Shown here: piece by piece, positions 25,969 through 32,000 of the stretch | Position numbering within the stretch: position 1 is the first letter of the stretch | Layout of the letters: every line of letters begins with the position of its first letter | NCBI RefSeq assembly: GCF_000015145.1 | Contig: NC_008818.1 | Span: 1,410,001-1,442,000, forward strand | DNA length: 32,000 nucleotides | Source: Hyperthermus butylicus DSM 5456 | GTDB lineage: Archaea; Thermoproteota; Thermoprotei_A; Sulfolobales; Pyrodictiaceae | Reading direction: 5' to 3' | Position numbers and translations under genes: made by a program | The notes under the pieces: generated by a model | Databases searched by the model: none | What the model saw: the letters and a program-made list of their open reading frames with translations, nothing else | Told to the model about the DNA's origin: nothing

Positions 25969-27354
25969 TTAAAATGTGGAGAGTGCTCCCTTTTTAACTA
26001 GTCTGTAGATCTCGTCTAGGAAGCTCGCGAACACTTCTATAAACCTGTCAGCATCCCGGCGGCTATGAGCCATTGATGGCAGCAAGTGTGCCATGTGCTC
26101 GGTCATGTAAAGTATACCGTTGAGCCTCATGTACATGTGCATTACCTCGTATACCTTGTTACTCCACCTCTCCTCCAGGGCTTCCCTCGCCGTGCGCGGC
26201 CTCTTGCGGGTGAAGTGTATCCCAACTATGCTTCCGGTGCCGGTTGCCCAGCAGATGTTGTCCCTGGACTCACACTCCTCCTGGATCCTCCTCCTCACAC
26301 TATCCCATAGACTGTTGAACTCGGCGTAGACGCCGCGGTTATCAGCAAGATGCTTCACGGTGTGGTAGCCTGTGAGGATCGTTACCGGGTTGCCGGTGAA
26401 GGTGCCCCCGTGGAAGCTCCTCTCCCGGCCCTTTGGCCTCTTAAGCTGATCCAGCAGCTCCATAACCTCGGCTCGCGAGGCTATCGCACCCGCACCTGGC
26501 ATACCGCCGCCAACAATTTTGCCTAGCACAACTATGTCTGCCTTAACGTTGTAGTATTCCTGGGCGCCTCCGAGGGCTAGGCGGAACCCCGTGATAACCT
26601 CGTCGAATACGAGAAGTGCTCCGGCTTCGTCAGCTATCCTCCGGAGCTCCCGTAAGTAGCCAGGCTCCGGCTCTATTCCACCGCCAGCACCGAGCACCGG
26701 TTCAACCCATATTGCGGCTACCTCGTAGCGTTTCACCAGCCTTTCCACAGCCCCGGCATCGTTGAATGGCGCTACTAGGGTGTACTTGATGCTCTCCTCT
26801 GGTAGACCCAGGGACTCCGGCCCCTCGTAGGGAGGGGTTACGCCTACGTGTAGCGCGTCGTAGCCACCGTGCCATGCGCCTTCGAGCTTTATTATGTACT
26901 TGCGCCCAGTGTAGGCCCTGGCGAGCCTCACCGCGTACATGTTCGCCTCGGTGCCACTATTCGTAAAGCGTACCTGCTCGACACCCGGGAGTACCTGGAC
27001 TAGAAGCTCGGCGTACTCCAGCGCGTAGGGGTTCTCGTAGCCTAGGTGACTGCTAGCCTTAAGAGCCTTGCGTACAGCCTCCTCGAGGAGGTCCGGGCAA
27101 TGGCCTAGTATGAGGGCTCCATGCCCCATCCAGTAGTCAGTGTATTCGTTGCCGTCTACATCCCAAACCCTTGGGCCTAGACCATGCTCGATGAAGACTG
27201 GGTATGGCTTGAAGAACCTTATGTGGTACGTTGTACCCCCGGGTAGGACCCTCCTAGCCCTCTCAAATAGTTCTCTCGAGCGGGGCGTCCGCTTCTCATA
27301 TTCTGATGCCAGTCTTGCCCACCATTCTTCCAGCTTCTCCTCAAGCTGCACCAT
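25969..27354 (-). CDS. Class III PLP-dependent aminotransferase (glutamate-1-semialdehyde aminomutase-like)
   Basis: LFERARRVLPGGTTYHIRFFKPYPVFIEHGLGPRVWDVDGNEYTDY, VRFTNSGTEANMYAVRLARAYTGR, LLVFDEVITGFRLALGG, IVVLGKIVGGGMPGAGAI. Confidence 0.88.
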   Translation of the reverse strand: MVQLEEKLEEWWARLASEYEKRTPRSRELFERARRVLPGGTTYHIRFFKPYPVFIEHGLGPRVWDVDGNEYTDYWMGHGALILGHCPDLLEEAVRKALKASSHLGYENPYALEYAELLVQVLPGVEQVRFTNSGTEANMYAVRLARAYTGRKYIIKLEGAWHGGYDALHVGVTPPYEGPESLGLPEESIKYTLVAPFNDAGAVERLVKRYEVAAIWVEPVLGAGGGIEPEPGYLRELRRIADEAGALLVFDEVITGFRLALGGAQEYYNVKADIVVLGKIVGGGMPGAGAIASRAEVMELLDQLKRPKGRERSFHGGTFTGNPVTILTGYHTVKHLADNRGVYAEFNSLWDSVRRRIQEECESRDNICWATGTGSIVGIHFTRKRPRTAREALEERWSNKVYEVMHMYMRLNGILYMTEHMAHLLPSMAHSRRDADRFIEVFASFLDEIYRLVKKGALSTF

Positions 27355-27384
27355 AGAGCACTCACCAAGCCCGCGCAGAGAGGT

Positions 27385-28398
27385 CTAACGGCGCACCTGC
27401 ACAGCAAACTTTGGCTTGAAGGGTACCAGGTCCGCCATCGTGAGTAGGCCTGGCCCGTACTCGGGGAGGACCTCGGCTATGTTTAGGAGTACCGAGGCCG
27501 TCCCTATATCGCCTGGTGTGCCTGTGCTCCTCCACCTCACCGAGTAGCCCCTGCCCTCGACGATTATCTCCTCGTACTCCTCCGCTCCCACGTAGGCGTG
27601 GAATTCCACCCTAATAACCTCCCTTCCCGCTGCATAGCCGGCGCCATAGCCCTTAATGCCGAGGTTCATTCCCCTTGGAACCCTAACACCGGCTGACTCT
27701 ACGTCCCTTTCAGCCGGCACGACCTCCTGGCCCTCGACGATCCTCTCGAGGTGTAGGCCTGCAGCATCAGCTATGAGTAGCACGGACTCGGCATAGCCTA
27801 CATGCCCGGTTATATCGCCCCTCTTCAGCTTCTCCTCTACAACCTTGGGATCCTCGCCTACACCTATCTTCCGCTGGAAGGGCTTCCTCCTCTTGGCGGC
27901 GTCTACACTCCTCCTAGCAACGATCCTCTCCACAAGGTGGAACGGGGCTGCAAGAACTACTGCGAGGGTGTCCAGGAGGAAGCCCGGGTTGATGCCAGTA
28001 CCGAGCACTGCTACGCCGTAGAGCCTTGCCAGTCTGTCAAGGCTGCGGGCTAGCGTCGGGTACAGGTAGTAGGGGTAGGCGAGGGTTTCACATGTCGAGA
28101 CAACATCTCGGCCCATTCGAATTACATTAGCTATCTGAGGATACACCTTGTCCAGGTAGGAGCCCGTAGCATGGATAACAACATCCGCGGCAGAGAGAAC
28201 GGAAGGATCCCTAGAAATTCTCACTCCAAGCTTCTCGCCGAGCCTGAGAACCTCACCCACATCACGGCCAACAAGCTCAGGAGCAATATCAACGGCGGCT
28301 ACAACCTCGTAGCCACGCTCAATGGCGAGCCTAGCGGTAAGCATGCCTATGGAGCCGAAACCGTAGAAGCCGAGACGCAACACAGAGTCCCTCCACAA
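27385..28398 (-). CDS. NAD(P)-dependent dehydrogenase, 2,4-diaminopentanoate dehydrogenase/DapB-like
   Basis: Rossmann motif GFYGFGSIGMLTARLAIERGYEVVAAVD and family-like segments DVVIHATGSYL, GTGINPGFLLD, KRGDITGHVGYAESV. Confidence 0.78.
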   Translation of the reverse strand: MWRDSVLRLGFYGFGSIGMLTARLAIERGYEVVAAVDIAPELVGRDVGEVLRLGEKLGVRISRDPSVLSAADVVIHATGSYLDKVYPQIANVIRMGRDVVSTCETLAYPYYLYPTLARSLDRLARLYGVAVLGTGINPGFLLDTLAVVLAAPFHLVERIVARRSVDAAKRRKPFQRKIGVGEDPKVVEEKLKRGDITGHVGYAESVLLIADAAGLHLERIVEGQEVVPAERDVESAGVRVPRGMNLGIKGYGAGYAAGREVIRVEFHAYVGAEEYEEIIVEGRGYSVRWRSTGTPGDIGTASVLLNIAEVLPEYGPGLLTMADLVPFKPKFAVQVRR

Positions 28399-28474
28399 TA
28401 TAGGTAGGGGGTACCAGGTGAAAAATGCTGTAAAACCATCCCCGACAACCCGCTGCAGGGTTGTACCCTGAAGT

Positions 28475-28702
28475 ATGGTGCCCAGAGGCTGGAAGGCTGC
28501 TACGCCTGGGTTTGTCGACGGGGTTGCTGGGGTCTCGCTGCAAAAGCTTCAGCAGACCCTCCAGGCGCGGAGAGGCTACGAGACAATGCTGGTGCTCTAC
28601 GCGTTGGAGGTTTTCAGCGACGGGCCTGGAGGCGGCAGGAGCTTACGGTCTAGAGGATGCGGCCCCAACGCTCGTGAAATACTGGCCTACCACTCTGGTT
28701 AG
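28475..28702 (+). CDS. Possible small hypothetical protein
   Basis: 75-aa ORF from ATG occupying an otherwise empty intergenic region. Composition is ambiguous. Confidence 0.2.
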   Translation: MVPRGWKAATPGFVDGVAGVSLQKLQQTLQARRGYETMLVLYALEVFSDGPGGGRSLRSRGCGPNAREILAYHSG

Positions 28703-29736
28703 AGGAGCCCTGCTGCTGCAGCCGCCAGAGCTGCAAAGCCTATTGCTGCTTCCACTGAGAGTACGAGAGCCACAACCCATGGCTCGCGGGCGCAGCCGCG
28801 GAGCCTGCCGATGATCTTTATGGCTAGCTGACCCCAGCTGTAGACTATCCTGTGCGGTGTTTTGAGGCAGCCATTCGGCCCTGGCACACCGAAAGCCTCC
28901 AGATCCTTCGTCCCGAGGATCCTTACAGCCCTAAAGTACATGTAGGCCTTGATGAAGTACGGGATAAAGAGGATTAAGCCGAACTTCTCCATGTTGCCGA
29001 GGACTACGAGCGTTGCAAAGTATGCTCCCACACCGTATGTCAACGTGTTCCCCGGAAACACCCGGGCCGGGTACCAGTTGTACCGGAGAAATGCTAGAAG
29101 CACAGCAGCCATAACCAGGGCGGCCTGGGCAATGAATACCAGGCCCTTCATGTACGCGTATGCTGCCGTGAAGAGCATTAGTAGGAGCCCCATGCCAGCC
29201 TCTAGCCCGTTAAACCCGGCAATCATGTTGAACCCGTTAGCAGCGCCAACAACACCGATGGGCACAGCTACGAGTGGATAGAGTAGGCCCAGGTCTAGGG
29301 TGCCGATGAGGGGGAGGGATATCGTGGTTGTTCCAGCCTTAACCGCAACTAGGGGCAACGATATCGGCACTGTAAAGGCTACACGGTAGCTCCTTGGGAG
29401 CCCCTTCTTCCAGCCGAGAAAATCGTCAAGCATACCGATGATACTCGCTAGGAGGAGTAACGTAATGAGCGCAAAGTACTCCACGATATGGTACTGGGTG
29501 CCAGCGAGGTAGATGTAGAGTGCCTCGAGCACCAGGAGCCCGAAGGCAGCAGCTATGACTACCCAGACGCCGCCAGCCTCAGCCACCAGCCTCCTATCAG
29601 GCTTGTTCATGTCCCTCCCTGCAAGCCCCCTCTCCAAAGCCAGACGTATCCAGCGAGGCTCAATGATGAGGACAAGCAGGCCAGCAATGGCCGACGAGAT
29701 AACCGTAAACACTAGGCCTCCATGGCTTATGGCCAA
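28699..29736 (-). CDS. Glycosyltransferase family 4, UDP-GlcNAc:dolichyl-P GlcNAc-1-P transferase-like (AglH/MraY superfamily)
   Basis: Polytopic protein with IIGMLDDFLGWKKGLP, VGAANGFNMIAGFNGLEAGMG, FLRYNWYPARVFPGNTLTYGVGA and KTPHRIVY. Confidence 0.9.
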   Translation of the reverse strand: MAISHGGLVFTVISSAIAGLLVLIIEPRWIRLALERGLAGRDMNKPDRRLVAEAGGVWVVIAAAFGLLVLEALYIYLAGTQYHIVEYFALITLLLLASIIGMLDDFLGWKKGLPRSYRVAFTVPISLPLVAVKAGTTTISLPLIGTLDLGLLYPLVAVPIGVVGAANGFNMIAGFNGLEAGMGLLLMLFTAAYAYMKGLVFIAQAALVMAAVLLAFLRYNWYPARVFPGNTLTYGVGAYFATLVVLGNMEKFGLILFIPYFIKAYMYFRAVRILGTKDLEAFGVPGPNGCLKTPHRIVYSWGQLAIKIIGRLRGCAREPWVVALVLSVEAAIGFAALAAAAAGLL

Positions 29737-29801
29737 GAGTCGAGCCCTCCAGGCCAGAACCCGCCATGGACTAGCCAGCGGGGCGGAGGAGGGGCCAGCC
29801 T

Positions 29802-29809
29802 CTATAAAC
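29802..29809 (+). promoter_or_regulatory. Candidate TATA box for GPN-loop GTPase gene
   Basis: The sequence gcctCTATAAACca lies about 45 nt upstream of ATG 29848. Confidence 0.45.
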
Positions 29810-29847
29810 CATTTTCCACACCTCCTGCAAAGTATTGGGGGCCCAGT

Positions 29848-30609
29848 ATGGGGAAGGTCATAGTTGTATTTGTTGGGCCAGCAGGCTCGGGCAAGTCTAC
29901 GCTCGTAGCAGCATACTCGAAGTGGCTACGCGAGGGCGGCATCCCGGTATACACCGTGAACCTTGACCCAGCTGTGGATAGGACTCCCTACGAGCCCGAC
30001 TTCGACGTGAGAACCATAGTTGATGCACGCGAGATCGCTAGAAAGTACGGATTAGGCCCCAATGGCGCACTCGTAAAGTCTATGGAGTTTATAGCCGAAA
30101 ACCTCGAAGCGATACTCTCGAAGATAGCATCCACAGATACAGACTACGTGCTGGTTGACACCCCCGGGCAGATGGAGGTTTTCCTCTTCCGCGACCTGGC
30201 GTGGAGGCTCGGCGAGGGATTGAAGAAGATTAGCGAGCAGAGCTACGCGATATTCATACTTGACGCCTCGGTCATCAAGGATCCAGCTGACTACGCCTTC
30301 CTGCTGGTGATGTCTACAGCTGTACAGCTACGCCTAAACCTAGAAACAGCCCCCGTCATAAACAAGGCTGATCTGGCTCCCAACATCGAGTTCAGGGGCG
30401 ACATATGGAGGGATTACGCTAGGCTAAGCCGCATGCTGAAGGAGAGCCATACATTATACACAGACATGCTGCGCGATATAATGAAGGTCCTGCTGACATA
30501 CAATAAGAGGGTTGAAGTACCCAGGGTCTCAGCACTCAAAGGTGAGGGCATGGAGGAGCTGCACCGCCTCATACTCGAGATGGGCTGTAGCTGCGGAGAC
30601 CTAAGCTAG
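29848..30609 (+). CDS. GPN-loop GTPase
   Basis: MGKVIVVFVGPAGSGKSTLVAAYSKWL, VNLDPAV, GPNGALVKSMEF (GPN loop), DTPGQMEVF, NKADLA. The start is ATG 29848, not 29722 as in the track. Confidence 0.93.
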   Translation: MGKVIVVFVGPAGSGKSTLVAAYSKWLREGGIPVYTVNLDPAVDRTPYEPDFDVRTIVDAREIARKYGLGPNGALVKSMEFIAENLEAILSKIASTDTDYVLVDTPGQMEVFLFRDLAWRLGEGLKKISEQSYAIFILDASVIKDPADYAFLLVMSTAVQLRLNLETAPVINKADLAPNIEFRGDIWRDYARLSRMLKESHTLYTDMLRDIMKVLLTYNKRVEVPRVSALKGEGMEELHRLILEMGCSCGDLS

Positions 30610-30671
30610 GCTCCGATTGACTCCAGGAAGCTGAAGCCCAGGTCCTCTTCCCTCCCCGCCCCCAGCCAAGC

Positions 30672-31115
30672 TTACGAGCTGCCAAGTACTACTCTATAGA
30701 CACCCATGTATATTACACCATTATCAGCCACTACCTTTACCTTAGCCGTTGCCGTGTAGGGCAGGTCGCAGCCAGGCATGTAGGCCACCAACCTGTACTC
30801 CCTGCCGGGTTGGAGGATGTTATCGGGTCCAGCACCGTATATGGTGTAGTTCTTAACTTCGCCATAGAACTCAACGTAGACGTGTAACACCTTCACTGGT
30901 CTGCCTTCAACCCTGAGCGTCGCATTTAGTATACATGAGTCCCTGTATGCAACGGCGTCATATATGTAGAGTTGCTGGTTTGAGCTGTATATTGCAGCCG
31001 AGAATACGCCGGTCACCCAGCCAATAGCAGCTATAGCTATTACAACCGTAACTGCAACAATTATGATAACCGCTGCTAATGGATGTAATGCCCTCAATGT
31101 CTCCACTATCGCCAC
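30672..31115 (-). CDS. Archaellin/type IV pilin-like protein
   Basis: Short N-terminus followed by the hydrophobic H-domain ALHPLAAVIIIVAVTVVIAIAAIGWVTGVFSAAIY and a beta-rich C-terminal region. The start could be an internal GTG (VETLRALHPL). Confidence 0.6.
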   Translation of the reverse strand: MAIVETLRALHPLAAVIIIVAVTVVIAIAAIGWVTGVFSAAIYSSNQQLYIYDAVAYRDSCILNATLRVEGRPVKVLHVYVEFYGEVKNYTIYGAGPDNILQPGREYRLVAYMPGCDLPYTATAKVKVVADNGVIYMGVYRVVLGSS

Positions 31116-31591
31116 CCCAGCCGAGCCTAGGCATCTAGGCGTTCTTATTACACTAATTGGTTAATGCTATAGTAGAACCGCCAACCAAAAAAGTGTTATG
31201 TACTGCGTATGTATGCATTATGCCGATTTCCTCAAAAATGATGTAATATCTCTGTTACGCGATAATTATTTGTTCAAAACCTTATGCCTTGGCTGTAATG
31301 CCTTGACTTAGACGGTATTGTGCCTGTCCATGCTGATATGGTTTTCCTTACTCCCATACATGCCACTAGTATGAGTTCATGCATAGCTGTATGCAGCCTA
31401 GTACTAGGGGATACTAGTTGCAGACGTAGTGTCTTACAGCGGAGGCATTGGGGCGTGTGGATCTGGAGGTCGGTGTGAATGCCTCGGTTCGTATGTGGTT
31501 CTATATGTGCGTGGTGGGTACTTGCTGCGACTGCTACGTGTTATCTTCTGTGGGGGAGGCTATAGGGGCTGGATATGGCTTGTCTTTATGA

Positions 31592-32000
31592 GTGGGTGCT
31601 CCAGGCGTGGAGGCTGGCGAATGGTTATGGGGTTATCATCCTAGCAGGGAGATCGTAGGCGAGTATGGGGGCGACCTTTCCGGCCGCTGTATAGCCCTCG
31701 GCGTTACTGGTAGTGTCGCGCTGTACCGCAGCATCGACCTTGCAAGACTGCTTATGAGGATGGGTGCTCGTGTCCGGGTTGTGATGACTCCAGCTGCTGC
31801 CGAGATGGTCTCCCCCGCTGTCTTCGAGTGGGCTACCGGCGAGCCCGTCGTATCCAGGCTCACCGGCCTCGTGGAGCATGTTACCCTTGCAAAGGTGTGC
31901 GATGCTGTACTCATTGCCCCGGCAACACTGGACATCATAGCCGAGATTGCAGGGTTTAGAGCATCGAAGCCCGTCTCGGCTCTTGCACAGGAAGCTGCCG
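31592..32000 (+). CDS. coaBC: Phosphopantothenoylcysteine decarboxylase/phosphopantothenate-cysteine ligase (CoaBC), N-terminal part, runs off right edge
   Basis: Manual translation from GTG 31592 is open to the window end: VGAPGVEAGEWLWGYHPSREIVGEYGGDLSGRCIALGVTGSVALYRSIDLARLLMRMGARVRVVMTPAAAEMVSPAVFEWATGEPVVSRLTGLVEHVTLAKVCDAVLIAPATLDIIAEI... This matches the flavoprotein domain of CoaBC. The frame is absent from the ORF track. Confidence 0.88.
   Translation, partial: MGAPGVEAGEWLWGYHPSREIVGEYGGDLSGRCIALGVTGSVALYRSIDLARLLMRMGARVRVVMTPAAAEMVSPAVFEWATGEPVVSRLTGLVEHVTLAKVCDAVLIAPATLDIIAEIAGFRASKPVSALAQEAA

Noticed and set aside
31429-31644. 71-aa Gly/Cys-rich + strand ORF before coaBC
   Set aside because: It overlaps the start of the real CoaBC frame in another phase, and its composition looks non-coding.
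1-32000. CRISPR array, IS element/transposase, integrase or toxin-antitoxin operon
   Set aside because: I saw no regularly spaced repeats, terminal inverted repeats with a transposase, or recognisable TA pair. The only exact tandem repeat noticed is the 2 x 20 bp at 23384-23423.

Overview
The window is GC-rich and gene-dense. Many GTG/TTG starts, TATA-like boxes 25-45 nt upstream of several starts, and archaea-specific families (pantoate kinase, AglH-like transferase, MEMO1, archaeal IleRS) point to a hyperthermophilic crenarchaeon. A Pyrodictiaceae-like host is my inference and is unverified. Most of the window is ordinary chromosomal gene content. I see no CRISPR array, tRNA or rRNA gene, or intact mobile element. 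The most coherent system is a split nucleotide-sugar/N-glycan set. A class V-type aminotransferase (WbpE-like), a Gfo/Idh oxidoreductase (WbpB-like) and a hexapeptide acetyltransferase (WbpD-like) lie at 4.2-7.1 kb. A UDP-HexNAc 6-dehydrogenase (WbpA-like) and a fused Alg14-Alg13-like glycosyltransferase lie at 12.3-14.8 kb. A sugar nucleotidyltransferase (17.5 kb) and an AglH/MraY-like GlcNAc-1-P transferase (28.7 kb) are further away. A complete BMP-family nucleoside/sugar-type ABC transporter sits between the two main blocks. Other points of interest: an orphan ABC ATPase with a Gly-to-Glu change in Walker A; an HhH plus CxxC...CxxC protein preceded by an exact 20-bp tandem repeat; a conserved-looking but unassigned 400-aa protein; an aminotransferase/diaminopentanoate-dehydrogenase-like pair; and two partial edge genes missing from the ORF track (a PD-(D/E)XK nuclease-like protein on the left and CoaBC on the right). 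I found no clear evidence of a wholly new defence or mobile system.
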